Assembly (NCBI GenBank): GCA_964566905.1
Contig: CAZMJV010000004.1
Coordinates: forward strand, 1 to 59,236
Source of the DNA: an uncultured Coriobacteriia bacterium
GTDB lineage: Bacteria > Actinomycetota > Coriobacteriia > Coriobacteriales > CAZMJV01
Length of the DNA stretch: 59,236 nucleotides
Direction of reading: 5' to 3'
Under the pieces are notes generated by a model. That model saw only the letters and a program-made list of their open reading frames with translations, was not told the DNA's origin and searched no databases. Of this stretch, positions 42,015-52,260 are shown piece after piece. A program made the position numbers and the translations under genes. The stretch's first letter is position 1; the number at the start of each line of letters is the position of its first letter.

Positions 42015-42395
42015 ATGGGAAGGGTACCTGCGGACGAATCGTGTGCCTGCATGAGCAGCTCACCGCTCGACCGCATACTGGAACGAGAGTCTGTACTGCT
42101 GAACCGGGTCAACAAGGCCACCGATCAAGCCGCACGGCTGATCGCTGAAGCCCAGGAGTCCGTGCCTGCCATCCTCGAGGAGGGCAAGCACGAGGCACTG
42201 CGTCTCGCAGAGATCGAAACCGGGCGCATCGCCCAAGAAACCAAAGAACAACTCAAAGAGATCGAGGCGCAACGCGAGAAGGATCGCGGAGCCCTGCGTC
42301 GCGCTCTCGAGGCGAATGTCCCGGAGACCGTCGCCTTCATCATCGCCGCTGTCATCGGCGAGGGTTCCGTCACGCCCGGTCACGGAGGGGAGTAG
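42015..42395 (+). CDS. V/A-type ATPase small coiled-coil subunit (G/H-like peripheral stalk)
   Basis: 126 aa. Predicted helical, charged (…EAQESVPAILEEGKHEALRLAEIETGRIAQETKEQLKEIEAQREKDR…). It occupies the first position of a G-I-K-E-C-F-A-B-D operon. Start uncertain (42015 vs ATG 42051). Confidence 0.55.
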   Translation: MGRVPADESCACMSSSPLDRILERESVLLNRVNKATDQAARLIAEAQESVPAILEEGKHEALRLAEIETGRIAQETKEQLKEIEAQREKDRGALRRALEANVPETVAFIIAAVIGEGSVTPGHGGE

Positions 42396-42397
42396 CG

Positions 42398-44392
42398 ATG
42401 CTCGTCGAGATGTCGCACGTTCGACTCATCGGGCTCAAGGAGCACTTCTTCGATGTGATCGACACGCTCCACTCATTCGGCAGGATCCATTTCAACGACA
42501 TCACTCCCAAGATCGACTCTGGCGAACTGCCGGTCACCGCCATGCGTCTCTTCGACCGCAGCGCTCGCGAGGAGGAGACGATCGTCTCCCAGCTCCAGCG
42601 GACGCGCGCGATCATCAAGGGAGTGTTCGGGGATGCCGACATGCCCGCGCCTTTCGAGGTCGGCGAAAACGAGCTGCTGAAACTCGACAATGCGAAGCTG
42701 ATAGCCGAGGGGGAGCGCCTGCTCGGCGATCTCGAGCCGCAGGCCTCCGCCATGGTCTCGGAGCTCGAGGACCTGAAGAAAGAACTCGCCGAGCTCGTCC
42801 GTTACGAGCCGCTGCTCAACAAAATCGAGCCGATCGTTTCCCAGCTCACCGCTTCGAAGCAGGATTACGACGCGATGGCTCTGCTGGTCGAGCGGAGGTA
42901 CCGCCCGGTATTCGAGGAGTTCCGGACTGTTCTCGATCGCATGACCAACGGACACTCCGAGGTGGTCATCGAGGACCTGGACGATGAGAGCGTCGCGGCG
43001 ATCGTCCTGTTCGAGAAGCCGTACTCGTCCGCGGTGCGCTCGTTCCTCACCGGCGAGAACATCAACCAGATAAAGTTGCCCCAGGAGTTTGAGAGCATCC
43101 CCCTTCCCGAGGCACTGGTGGCGATGCATGCGCGAATCGATACCCTCGGAGGAGTGATCGTCGCAGCCGAGGAGGCGATAGCGCGATTCGGTGAGAAGAA
43201 TTTGGTGTATCTGACGAAGCTCCGCAACGCCTGCTCTGACCGGATCGCGCAGCTCGACATCATCGCGATGTTCGGCGAGACCAAGTACACGTTCGTCATA
43301 ACCGGATGGGTGCCGACCGCCGATGTGGACGAGTTGCGCGAGGTCGTCGCCCGCGGCTGGGCGCAGAGCGTGGTCGTCGAGGAGTGCGAGATCGCTCCCA
43401 AGGAATTCGACGAGGTACCCGTCGCGATGTCCAACAGCGGAAGATACCGTCCGTTCGAGGCCGCCCTGAGCATCTGGGGCCTCCCACGCTACGGGTCCAT
43501 CGATCCGACTCGGATCCTCGCGATCTCGTTCCCGTTCATTTTCGGAATGATCGTCGGTGATGCGGGATACGGTCTCCTCCTCCTGCTCATCTGTCTGTTC
43601 CTCAGAAAGAAGTTCCCCGAGAACAAGGCAGCCCAGGTGTTCTCCGGGCTGATGATTCCGACGTCGATCATGACGATCGTCTTCGGCATCTTCTACTTCG
43701 AGTTCTTCGGCGACCTGGCCCATGTCTACATACCGGTCATCAACCAGCTGCATCCGATACAGATCGGCGCAGGATTCTCGATTCCGTTCGTACGCACCTC
43801 GAAAATGATGCTCAACACCTTCCTGGTGATGGCTGTCGGATTCGGCGTACTCCACGTGATGTTCGGGCTTGCACTCGGCATCATCAACGGCAAGCGCGGC
43901 GGCGAGCGCTCCCACGTCATCATGCGAAGTGGGCTGCTGACCATGTCTCTCGCAGCGGTCCTTCTTGCGGCCGTTCTCGCCATCCCGGCCCTGACCTCAG
44001 GGCTTGGCGACGTGGCGGCGGCACTCGTCCAGTACATCGCCTACTTCCTGCTCGCCTTCGGCTTCGTAACGGCAGTCTGGGGCGGCGGGATCATGGGCGC
44101 GGTCGAGACGATCGAGACGGTCAGCCACATGGCGAGCTACATCCGAATCATGGCCGTCGGGCTCGTCGGCGCACTCTTGGCAGACGCGGCCAACGAACTC
44201 GTGTTCGTGACCATGCCCAATGCGGCGGGAATCGTCATCGCGCTCATGCTCCACGTGCTTAACTTCGCGGTCATTCTGTTCAGCCCCACGATCCACGCAC
44301 TCCGTCTCAATTTCCTCGAATTCTTCGGGGGGTTCTTCGAGCAAGGAAGCAAGATCTACAAGCCGTTTGTCCGGACCGGAGAGGAAGGGTAG
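42398..44392 (+). CDS. atpI: V/A-type ATPase subunit I (a-subunit, stator/proton channel)
   Basis: 664 aa. Soluble N-terminal half, then ~7-8 TM C-terminal half with the conserved Arg region ...SYIRIMAVGLVG. Confidence 0.9.
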   Translation: MLVEMSHVRLIGLKEHFFDVIDTLHSFGRIHFNDITPKIDSGELPVTAMRLFDRSAREEETIVSQLQRTRAIIKGVFGDADMPAPFEVGENELLKLDNAKLIAEGERLLGDLEPQASAMVSELEDLKKELAELVRYEPLLNKIEPIVSQLTASKQDYDAMALLVERRYRPVFEEFRTVLDRMTNGHSEVVIEDLDDESVAAIVLFEKPYSSAVRSFLTGENINQIKLPQEFESIPLPEALVAMHARIDTLGGVIVAAEEAIARFGEKNLVYLTKLRNACSDRIAQLDIIAMFGETKYTFVITGWVPTADVDELREVVARGWAQSVVVEECEIAPKEFDEVPVAMSNSGRYRPFEAALSIWGLPRYGSIDPTRILAISFPFIFGMIVGDAGYGLLLLLICLFLRKKFPENKAAQVFSGLMIPTSIMTIVFGIFYFEFFGDLAHVYIPVINQLHPIQIGAGFSIPFVRTSKMMLNTFLVMAVGFGVLHVMFGLALGIINGKRGGERSHVIMRSGLLTMSLAAVLLAAVLAIPALTSGLGDVAAALVQYIAYFLLAFGFVTAVWGGGIMGAVETIETVSHMASYIRIMAVGLVGALLADAANELVFVTMPNAAGIVIALMLHVLNFAVILFSPTIHALRLNFLEFFGGFFEQGSKIYKPFVRTGEEG

Positions 44393-44394
44393 CC

Positions 44395-44730
44395 ATGAAG
44401 GATGCACCGAGCACGTCTCGTCGGCGCAGGGCACTGACGTTGTCGCTCTCAGTCGCTGCGATGACACTCGCGCCGACGATTGCGGCTGCGGCGGAAGCTG
44501 CGACCACGGAGGTCGACCCCAAGGTCGCGATGGCGAAGTACATCGCTGCGGGAGGAGCCATGGCGGTATCAGCCGCCGCGGCAGGATTCGCCCAGGCGAA
44601 GATCGGTGCCGCTGCAGCGGGAACGCTTGCAGAGCGTCCCGAGGCCGCGACGATGCTCATCGTCTTGCAGGTCCTCCCCGAGATCATCGTCCTCCTCGGA
44701 TTCGTCACCGCTCTGATCATCTCGGGTTAG
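44395..44730 (+). CDS. atpK: V/A-type ATPase proteolipid subunit K (c-ring)
   Basis: 111 aa. One helical hairpin ...GGAMAVSAAAAGFAQAKIGAAAAG.....MLIVLQVLPEIIVLLGFVTALII with the carboxylate in LPE. Has an N-terminal RRRR + hydrophobic leader. Confidence 0.85.
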   Translation: MKDAPSTSRRRRALTLSLSVAAMTLAPTIAAAAEAATTEVDPKVAMAKYIAAGGAMAVSAAAAGFAQAKIGAAAAGTLAERPEAATMLIVLQVLPEIIVLLGFVTALIISG

Positions 44731-44740
44731 GTGATCCGAC

Positions 44741-45307
44741 ATGGCGATCGAGGATATCCTTGTCGCTGTCGACGGGCAGGCCGAGGCAGAGATCGAGCGG
44801 ATTCTCGCCGATGCGGACGAGAGGGCGCGGGAGATCATCGCCCAAGCCCATCGGAAGAAGCAGGCGGAGATCGAGCGGTATGTGGCCGAGAAGGTCGAGC
44901 TGCAGCGCAAGGAGTCGGAGAGGCAGATCAACGCCGCCCACACGGCGAACCGCCGTGCGCTGGCGGACGTGCGCCGCGGCGTGTTCGAGGCGGTGTTCGT
45001 CCTCGCGGAGGAACGCCTCCAGACACTGAGGAAAGACCCCGCCTACCCTGAGATTCTGCCGCGTTTGATCGACGAGGCCGTAGCCGGCATCAAGGGAAAG
45101 TGCCACGTCCACGTGGACAAACGGGATGTGGACTTGGTCACGGGGACCTACTGCGGGTCTCTGGTGACCGGCGATCTCGAGACGGCCGGAGGTGCGGTCG
45201 TCGTGTCCGAGGACGGACGGGTCAAGCGGAGCAACACGGTCGAGGATCGTCTCGAAAGAATCCATGACGAGCGTGTCAGGGAGATCTCGGAGGTGCTCTA
45301 CCAATGA
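44741..45307 (+). CDS. atpE: V/A-type ATPase subunit E
   Basis: 188 aa. Long N-terminal charged helix (AEAEIERILADADERAREIIAQAHRKKQAEIER) plus a globular C-terminus. Confidence 0.85.
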   Translation: MAIEDILVAVDGQAEAEIERILADADERAREIIAQAHRKKQAEIERYVAEKVELQRKESERQINAAHTANRRALADVRRGVFEAVFVLAEERLQTLRKDPAYPEILPRLIDEAVAGIKGKCHVHVDKRDVDLVTGTYCGSLVTGDLETAGGAVVVSEDGRVKRSNTVEDRLERIHDERVREISEVLYQ

Positions 45308-46377
45308 GCCGGCCCACGCAGCCTGCGGGAATCGAATACGCGAACGCACGCATCCGCGCGGCGCGTTCCCGGCTGCTGAAGCCCGAAGACTTCGAGGCCT
45401 TCATGGCCGTGCCCGACCTGGACGGATTCATCCGAGTGCTTGGGTCGAACGGATACGGCAGCTACCTCGAGGATGCCCGCCTCACCAAGTCGGGAATCGC
45501 GGCGGTGAGCTTTGCGCTGCAGGAGGCGATGTCGGACGCCTACTCGTTCGTGTTCGGCCTCTTCACTCCCGCGTATCGCAAACACCTCGAGACGTTCGTC
45601 GGGCGCCGGGATGTCCAAGACCTCAAGACGGTCGTCAGAGGCAAGGCGGCCGGTATCTCGGCGGCGGAGATCATCGACTCGTTGACTGGAACCGGAGCGA
45701 CGATTCCCCGAGACGACCTGGTGCTCCTCGCTGAGCAGGAAACAATCGAGGATATGGTCGCGCTCGCACTCACGCTGCGCATGCCCTACGCATCCGCGCT
45801 GAATGCGGGCCTGCTCGAGTACCAACTTAAAGAGGCCATGGTCGACTTCGAGATCGAGCTGGATCGCGCATACGCCAAATGGGCGCACGAGCGGCTGCAC
45901 GGCGGAGGACCGGGGGCCGATGTGGTCCGAGAGTTGTTCGAGCAAGAGATCGACGTCGTCAACGCGGTAACCGCAATGAGGGTCGTCGATTCAAAGAGGG
46001 ACATCGAGGATATCGAGCGGTACTTCCTCGAGGGCGGGAAGTTGATCGACTACCGGACATTCCTCAAGTTGACCGACGCGCCCGACATCCTCGCGTTGCT
46101 CGAACGTCTCCCGAACGACTCGTACCGCGCAGCCCTCGACGAGGCAAAGTCGGCGTACTTCCTCACCGGTTCCATTGCCGCGTGGGAGCGTGCGGTGCGC
46201 GTCTTCGAAGTGAGGCAATCTGTTCGGAAGAACAAGCGCGACGTCCTCGGATTCGGCGTTGCGCTCGCCTACCTCATCGCGAAAGAGAACGAGATCACGA
46301 ACCTTCGCATCATCGCGCACGGGAAGAGGTATCGCATCCCCGACGAGATGCTGAGAAAGGAGCTCGTCTTTGTATAA
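45304..46377 (+). CDS. atpC: V/A-type ATPase subunit C (d-subunit)
   Basis: 357 aa. YANARIRAARSRLL... Position and size are typical. Overlaps atpE by 4 nt. Confidence 0.85.
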   Translation: MSRPTQPAGIEYANARIRAARSRLLKPEDFEAFMAVPDLDGFIRVLGSNGYGSYLEDARLTKSGIAAVSFALQEAMSDAYSFVFGLFTPAYRKHLETFVGRRDVQDLKTVVRGKAAGISAAEIIDSLTGTGATIPRDDLVLLAEQETIEDMVALALTLRMPYASALNAGLLEYQLKEAMVDFEIELDRAYAKWAHERLHGGGPGADVVRELFEQEIDVVNAVTAMRVVDSKRDIEDIERYFLEGGKLIDYRTFLKLTDAPDILALLERLPNDSYRAALDEAKSAYFLTGSIAAWERAVRVFEVRQSVRKNKRDVLGFGVALAYLIAKENEITNLRIIAHGKRYRIPDEMLRKELVFV

Positions 46378-46702
46378 GCTCACGGTCGTCACCGATCCCG
46401 AGGTGGCCGACGGTTTCCGTTTGAGCGGAGTCGACGTGCGTGTCGCGTTCTCCCCAGAGGAAGCGCGACAGATCGTCTCGGAATTGATGGACGACCCTGA
46501 AATCGGAATCATCGGACTCGACGTTCGACTCGAGTCCGGCATCGACCTCCGACTGCAGCGAAAGATCGATTCGGTCTACCGACCGGTTGTGGTGGCGCTT
46601 CCCTTGGGGGATCGCCTCGACACCGACTCGGGCGCGAGCGATCGTCTCGCCCGAATGATCCGCCGCGCGGTCGGCTTCGACGTGACACTGAAGAGAGGAT
46701 GA
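46370..46702 (+). CDS. atpF: V/A-type ATPase subunit F
   Basis: 110 aa. TTG start overlapping atpC by 8 nt. ...[17 protein letters not shown].... Confidence 0.82.
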   Translation: MYKLTVVTDPEVADGFRLSGVDVRVAFSPEEARQIVSELMDDPEIGIIGLDVRLESGIDLRLQRKIDSVYRPVVVALPLGDRLDTDSGASDRLARMIRRAVGFDVTLKRG

Positions 46703-48480
46703 CGGCGATGAGTGTGGCCGCCAAGCTCGATGTCGGCAACATCACGAGGATCACGGGACCCGTCGTGGTCGCCGAGGGTATGTCGGGAGCGCGCATGTAC
46801 GATATCGTGCGCGTCGGCGACCTCGGTCTGATGGGAGAAGTGATTCGACTCGCGGGCGACACCGCGACGATCCAGGTATACGAGGAGACCTCGGGCCTGC
46901 GGGTCGGGGAGCCGGTCGTCATCACCGGCGCACCCTTGACCGTCGAGCTCGGTCCAGGGCTTCTGTCGTCGGTGTTCGACGGCATCCAGCGTCCCCTCAC
47001 CCTGCTTGCCGAGTACTCCGGTGCGTTCATCGGACGCGGTGCGAGCGTCAACCCGCTCGACCGCGTCAAGAAGTGGCCGTTCACCCCGCTCGTCGCCGCA
47101 GGTGACGAGGTCGGCCCCGGTACCATCGTGGGCGAGATACCCGAGGGGTTCATCACGCATCGCGTCATGGTTCCCCCGCGGGTTGCGGGAGGCACGCTGC
47201 AATGGGTCGCCCCGGAAGGGGAGTACACCGTCGAGGACGTCGTCGCCCGGTTCGAGGACGGCACCGAGGTGCGCGTATCCCAGAAGTGGCCGGTCCGAGA
47301 AGCGCGTCCGTATCTGCGCAGGCTCGACCCCTCCAAGCCGTTCATCACGGGTATGCGCGTGCTCGACACGCTGTTCCCGATCGCGCTGGGCGGAAACGCC
47401 ATCATCCCGGGAGGCTTCGGGACGGGGAAAACCGTCACGCAGCAGTCGCTGGCGAAGTGGGCCGACGTCGACATCATCGTCTACATCGGGTGCGGCGAGC
47501 GCGGAAACGAGATGACCGAGGTGCTCGTAGAGTTCCCTGAGCTCGAGGATCCGCGCACCGGCGCACCGCTGATGCAGCGCACCGTCTTGGTCGCGAACAC
47601 CTCCAACATGCCGGTCGCAGCGCGCGAGGCCTCGATCTATGTCGGGGTCACGATCGCGGAGTACTACCGGGACATGGGCTACAGCGTCGCGATGATGGCC
47701 GACTCGACGTCGCGATGGGGAGAGGCGCTGCGCGAGGTCTCCGGTCGTCTCGAGGAGATGCCCGGCGAGGAAGGGTACCCCGCTTATCTGGCGACACGAC
47801 TCGCGGCGTTCTACGAGAGGAGCGGGCGTGTGGTTCCGCTCGGTGCCGACGAGGGTCGCGAGGGTTCGGTCACGATGGTCGGTGCGGTCTCCCCTGCGGG
47901 AGGCGACCTCTCTGAGCCGATGACCCAGAACTCGCTGCGCGTCACCGGGGCGTTCTGGGCGCTGGACACCGACCTCGCACATCGCCGGCACTTCCCGGCG
48001 ATCAGCTGGACCAAGAGTTACACGCTGTTCCTCGGGCAGGTCGCCCCATGGTATGAGAGCAACGTCTCGACTGACTGGGCGGTCGCGCGCGAGCGCGCCA
48101 TGTCGATCCTCCAGAAGGAGATCGAGCTCCAGGAGATCGTGCAGCTCATCGGTCCCGACGCGCTGCCCGACAGCGAGAAGGCCACCCTCGAGTTCGCGCG
48201 CATGATCCGCGAGGATTTCCTCCAGCAGTTCGCCTTCGACGAGGTCGACGCGTACTGCCCCGTCGAGAAACAGTTCGTCATCCTCGACACCATCCTCACC
48301 TTCGCGGATGCGGTGGAGGACGCGATGGCGCACGGGGTGCTGCTCCAGACGGTCGTCGGCCTGCCCCTGCGCAACGAGATCGCTGCGCTCAAGACGACGC
48401 CTCACGAAGAGGCGATGGAACGTGCCAAGGAGCTGTCGATGAGCATACGCTCGACGCTTTCGGGATTGGAGGTGGAGTGA
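46699..48480 (+). CDS. atpA: V/A-type ATPase catalytic subunit A
   Basis: 593 aa. Walker [18 protein letters not shown], ...ADSTSRWAEALRE-like [31 protein letters not shown]. Confidence 0.96.
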   Translation: MTAMSVAAKLDVGNITRITGPVVVAEGMSGARMYDIVRVGDLGLMGEVIRLAGDTATIQVYEETSGLRVGEPVVITGAPLTVELGPGLLSSVFDGIQRPLTLLAEYSGAFIGRGASVNPLDRVKKWPFTPLVAAGDEVGPGTIVGEIPEGFITHRVMVPPRVAGGTLQWVAPEGEYTVEDVVARFEDGTEVRVSQKWPVREARPYLRRLDPSKPFITGMRVLDTLFPIALGGNAIIPGGFGTGKTVTQQSLAKWADVDIIVYIGCGERGNEMTEVLVEFPELEDPRTGAPLMQRTVLVANTSNMPVAAREASIYVGVTIAEYYRDMGYSVAMMADSTSRWGEALREVSGRLEEMPGEEGYPAYLATRLAAFYERSGRVVPLGADEGREGSVTMVGAVSPAGGDLSEPMTQNSLRVTGAFWALDTDLAHRRHFPAISWTKSYTLFLGQVAPWYESNVSTDWAVARERAMSILQKEIELQEIVQLIGPDALPDSEKATLEFARMIREDFLQQFAFDEVDAYCPVEKQFVILDTILTFADAVEDAMAHGVLLQTVVGLPLRNEIAALKTTPHEEAMERAKELSMSIRSTLSGLEVE

Positions 48481-48481
48481 G

Positions 48482-49897
48482 ATGGCCGAGAAGTCGATAC
48501 CACTGATCACCACGCGCTACCGGACCCTCTCCTCGGTCGCCGGTCCGCTGATCATCGTCGAAGGGGTCGAGGGGGTCGCTTACGATGAGACGGTCGAGGT
48601 GCACCTCGCCTCGGGAGCCCTTCGCTCGGGTAAGGTGCTCGAGGTCTTCGGCGACACCGCCGTCGTCCAGATTTACGAGGGTACGCGCGGCATCGATGTC
48701 GATCTGACCTCGACGCGCTTTCTGGGTGAGGTCGCGAAGATCGACGTCTCCCAGGAGCTTCTCGGACGCGTCCTCAACGGAACCGGCAAGCCCATCGACG
48801 GCGGAGCGACCATCATCCCCGAGGAGCGCCGCGACATAAACGGCGCCCCGATCAACCCGATGATGCGCGTGCAGCCCTCGGACTTCATCGAGACGGGCGT
48901 CTCGGCGATCGACGGCCTCAACACCCTCGTGCGCGGCCAGAAGCTGCCGATCTTCACGGCATCGGGACTTCCCGCCAACGAGCTCGCCGCACTCATCGTG
49001 AGGCAGGCGCGCGTGCTCTCGGGCGAGGAGTTCGCCATCGTGTTCGGCGCCATGGGCATCACGCACCGCGAGGCCTCGTATTTCGTGAAGAGTTTCGAGG
49101 AGAGCGGGGCGCTCGACCGCGTCGTTCTGTTCATGAACCTGGCCGATGACCCCACCGTCGAGAGAATCCTCACACCTCGGTGCGCGCTCACGGTCGCCGA
49201 GTACCTCGCGTTCACCTGTGAGATGCAGGTGCTCGTCGTACTCTCGGACATGACCAACTACTGCGAGGCCCTGCGCGAGATATCGACCGCTCGCGAGGAG
49301 GTTCCCGGACGTCGCGGATATCCCGGCTATCTCTACACCGACCTCTCGTCCATCTACGAGCGCGCCGGCCGTATCAAGGGGAGCAAGGGCTCGATCACGC
49401 AGCTCCCCATCCTCTCCATGCCCGATGACGACATCACCCACCCGATCCCCGACCTCACCGGCTACATCACAGAAGGGCAGATCGTCCTCTCGCGCGGACT
49501 CCACCGCCGGGGCATCTTCCCGCCGGTCGACGCGCTCCCGTGCCTCTCGCGCCTGATGAACTCGGGAATCGGAGCGACGAAGACGCGCGAGGACCACAGC
49601 GCCGTGGCCAACCAGCTCTACGCCGCGTACGCACACGGCAGTGAGCTGAGGAGGCTCGTCGCCATCGTCGGTGAGGAGGCGCTCTCTGACATCGACCGCT
49701 CTTACCTGCGGTTCGCCGAGGGGTTCGAGACCAGGTTCATCGGACAGGGCACGACGGGACGGACCATCGCCGAGACGCTCGACGTCGGCTGGGAACTCCT
49801 GGCCCTGCTGCCCATCGAGGAACTCAAGCGCGTCACGAAGTTCATCGACAAATACCATCCCGCACGAAAGGCTGTCGAGACGGTCGGGGGTGTCTAG
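48482..49897 (+). CDS. atpB: V/A-type ATPase subunit B
   Basis: 471 aa. ...[17 protein letters not shown]..., [32 protein letters not shown]. Confidence 0.96.
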   Translation: MAEKSIPLITTRYRTLSSVAGPLIIVEGVEGVAYDETVEVHLASGALRSGKVLEVFGDTAVVQIYEGTRGIDVDLTSTRFLGEVAKIDVSQELLGRVLNGTGKPIDGGATIIPEERRDINGAPINPMMRVQPSDFIETGVSAIDGLNTLVRGQKLPIFTASGLPANELAALIVRQARVLSGEEFAIVFGAMGITHREASYFVKSFEESGALDRVVLFMNLADDPTVERILTPRCALTVAEYLAFTCEMQVLVVLSDMTNYCEALREISTAREEVPGRRGYPGYLYTDLSSIYERAGRIKGSKGSITQLPILSMPDDDITHPIPDLTGYITEGQIVLSRGLHRRGIFPPVDALPCLSRLMNSGIGATKTREDHSAVANQLYAAYAHGSELRRLVAIVGEEALSDIDRSYLRFAEGFETRFIGQGTTGRTIAETLDVGWELLALLPIEELKRVTKFIDKYHPARKAVETVGGV

Positions 49898-49900
49898 GCG

Positions 49901-50545
49901 ATGGAGGAGGTCCGGCCGACACGTGCGGAACTGCTCGACCGGCGGGGGCAGATCGTCGTCGCCGAACAGGGTATGGAGCTGCTGAAGAGCAAGCGAGACG
50001 CGCTCATGCTCGAGTTCATGTCGGTCATCGACGAGACTCTGCGCCTGTCCGGGCTTCTCACCGACTCGCTCATGAAGGCGCAGTACGCGATAGAACTCGC
50101 CCGTGCAATCGACGGCGAGTCAGCGGTTCACTCGGCCGCGCTCGCCTCGAAGGGCGAGGTGCTGATGGAGATCGACGGCCGTCGCGTCATGGGCGTGGCC
50201 GTGCCCGTCGTCAAACGCGGCCCTCGGCCCGAGCGCGACTCGTTCAACCGCGGGTACTCTCCAACCGGGGTGTCGTCCCACATCAGTGAGGCGGCCGAGC
50301 AGTTCGAGGCCGCGATCGCAGCCATCCTCGAGTACGCCGAGATCGAGACGCGCCTCAAGCGTCTGGGCGAGGAGATCACGAAGACGAACCGCCGGGTCAA
50401 CGCCCTCGAGCAGATCCGTATCCCCGAGCTCAAGGAGCAGGTCGCATATATCGGGCAGACCCTGGACGAGCGTTCGCGCGAGGAGCTGTTCCGTCTCAAG
50501 AAGGTCAAGAAGAACATCGAGCGCAAGAAGAACACGGCTACCTAG
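49901..50545 (+). CDS. atpD: V/A-type ATPase subunit D (central stalk)
   Basis: 214 aa. ...PTRAELL.....I..A.QG.ELLK.KRDAL..EF... and a C-terminal coiled coil. Confidence 0.9.
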   Translation: MEEVRPTRAELLDRRGQIVVAEQGMELLKSKRDALMLEFMSVIDETLRLSGLLTDSLMKAQYAIELARAIDGESAVHSAALASKGEVLMEIDGRRVMGVAVPVVKRGPRPERDSFNRGYSPTGVSSHISEAAEQFEAAIAAILEYAEIETRLKRLGEEITKTNRRVNALEQIRIPELKEQVAYIGQTLDERSREELFRLKKVKKNIERKKNTAT

Positions 50546-50570
50546 GGGAGCCTTGCACCCGGCAACGAAA

Positions 50571-50600
50571 CGGCGGACTTCGGTCCGTCGCTTTCATTTC
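50571..50600 (+). terminator. Terminator-like hairpin after atpD
   Basis: CGGCGGAC-ttcg-GTCCGTCG (8 bp, one G-U pair) followed by CTTTCATTTC. Confidence 0.45.
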
Positions 50601-50690
50601 GTGCCCCACGTGCGTCGTCCGCGCGCCGGCAGGCACCGCCCTGTGCGATAGAATGACGGGATACGAAACCAAGAATCCGGGAGACGAATC

Positions 50691-51206
50691 ATGGAGTTCT
50701 CTGAAGTCATAGAGCGTCGTCGCAGCGTGCGGCACTTCAACCCTCGCGAGCAGGTCGCCGACCATCAGGTCCGCACGATCCTTCGCGCGGGCATCGCCGC
50801 ACCGTCTGCCGGCAACATCCAGCCCTGGAGGTTCACCGTCGTGCGCTCGGCCGAGGTGCGGGAGAAGATCGCCGAGTCGCTGCACGCCAAGTGGGCGGCG
50901 ACCGCTCCGGTGCTCATCGTCGTTTCGGCGGATCCCCGTCAGTGCTACGCACGCTACGGTGAGAGGGGCGATTCCCTTTACGCGATCCAGGACACCGCAG
51001 CTGCGGCTGAGAACATGCTGCTCGCGACGGTCGACCTCGGTCTCGCCTCGTGCTGGATCGGCGCCTTCGACGGGGATGCCGTCAAGGAGATCTGCGGGAT
51101 CAACCGCGCCCATGTCCCGATGGCCATCCTCCTGGTCGGCGTATCCGCCGAGTCCTCGGGCCGACCTGCGCGGAGGCCGCTCGAAGAAGTGGTCACGTGG
51201 ATCTGA
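50691..51206 (+). CDS. Nitroreductase-family protein
   Basis: 171 aa. ...RRSVRHF......ILRAGIAAPSAGNIQPWRF.VV. Confidence 0.85.
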   Translation: MEFSEVIERRRSVRHFNPREQVADHQVRTILRAGIAAPSAGNIQPWRFTVVRSAEVREKIAESLHAKWAATAPVLIVVSADPRQCYARYGERGDSLYAIQDTAAAAENMLLATVDLGLASCWIGAFDGDAVKEICGINRAHVPMAILLVGVSAESSGRPARRPLEEVVTWI

Positions 51207-51784
51207 CCTCAAAACAGATTCGCGAGTCTCTCGATCTGGAGGCACTCAGGTCCCTGTCCTCCGGGTGCATGCGGTGCGATCTCTCCTCGACACGGCTTCA
51301 GGTCGTGTTCGGTGAGGGCGACCCCCATGCAGAGGTCATGTTCATCGGCGAGGCACCGGGGCGCACGGAGGACGAGGGCGGTCGCCCGTTCTCAGGTGCG
51401 GCCGGCAAGGTCCTCGACGAGGCACTGGCTGCCGGAGGGCTTTCCCGCGCCGAAGTCTTCGTCACGAGCGTGGTCAAGTGCAGGCCTCCCAAGAACCGCA
51501 ATCCGCGCGCCGAGGAGATGGAGCGGTGCGCCGCGATCCTGGACCGACAGGTGGAGCTCATCGACCCGCGAGTCATCGTCCTGCTGGGCACGTTCGGCGC
51601 GCGCAGGATGCTCGGTACCGCCGAGCCGATCACCGCGATCCGGGGTCGCGTATATGAATCGGGGGGAAGAGTCCTCGTGCCGGTGTTCCACCCAGCAGCA
51701 GCGATCTACGACCGCAGCAAGCGAGGCGTTCTCTTTGAAGATTTCGAGATGATCGGCGATCTATCCCGAGGGGGCGCCCGATGA
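51197..51784 (+). CDS. Uracil-DNA glycosylase, family 4 (Fe-S type)
   Basis: GTG at 51197 (10-nt overlap with the nitroreductase). CMRC...GEGDPHAEVMFIGEAPGRTEDEGGRPFSGAAGK.LD, VVKCRPP.NR.P...E...C; four Cys for a 4Fe-4S cluster. Confidence 0.85.
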   Translation: MDLTSKQIRESLDLEALRSLSSGCMRCDLSSTRLQVVFGEGDPHAEVMFIGEAPGRTEDEGGRPFSGAAGKVLDEALAAGGLSRAEVFVTSVVKCRPPKNRNPRAEEMERCAAILDRQVELIDPRVIVLLGTFGARRMLGTAEPITAIRGRVYESGGRVLVPVFHPAAAIYDRSKRGVLFEDFEMIGDLSRGGAR

Positions 51785-52260
51785 CGTTGACGCTTGTATC
51801 GAAGTCGCGGGAGGAGACCGAGCGCATGGGGGAGGCCCTTGCGGCGTTCCTACGCCCCGGCGACGTCGTTCTGCTCAGCGGCGACCTCGGCGCGGGTAAG
51901 ACCCAGCTCTCAAAGGGAGTCGCCCGCGGGCTCGGGGTCTGCGAACCCGTCACCAGCCCGACCTTCAACATCCTGCTCGTCCACGAAGGGACGGACATGC
52001 CGCTCTTCCATTTCGACCTCTACCGGCTCGAGAACGAATCCGAGCTCGAGGACATCGACTACTTCGGGACTCTCGAGGACGAGGGAGTCTCCCTGGTCGA
52101 ATGGGGTGACCGTTTTCCGGGCGCGACGCCTGAGGATGCACTCTCGATCACGATGAGCATCACCGGCGACGACTCGCGAAGCATCGAGGTTTCACCCTCC
52201 GGACCTCGCTCCGCGCACCTCGCCGACTCCTGGGTGGCGGCAGTGGGGGCCGGGCGATGA
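51781..52260 (+). CDS. tsaE: tRNA t6A37 biosynthesis ATPase TsaE
   Basis: 159 aa. GDLGAGKTQL.KG, SPTFNI, HFDLYRL. Confidence 0.92.
   Translation: MTLTLVSKSREETERMGEALAAFLRPGDVVLLSGDLGAGKTQLSKGVARGLGVCEPVTSPTFNILLVHEGTDMPLFHFDLYRLENESELEDIDYFGTLEDEGVSLVEWGDRFPGATPEDALSITMSITGDDSRSIEVSPSGPRSAHLADSWVAAVGAGR

Noticed and set aside
37017-49858. Long antisense ORFs within glmS (37017..38417), atpI (42473..43915), atpA (46576..48513) and atpB (48389..49858)
   Set aside because: All are antisense to confidently identified genes. They have GC-driven amino-acid bias and no start context.
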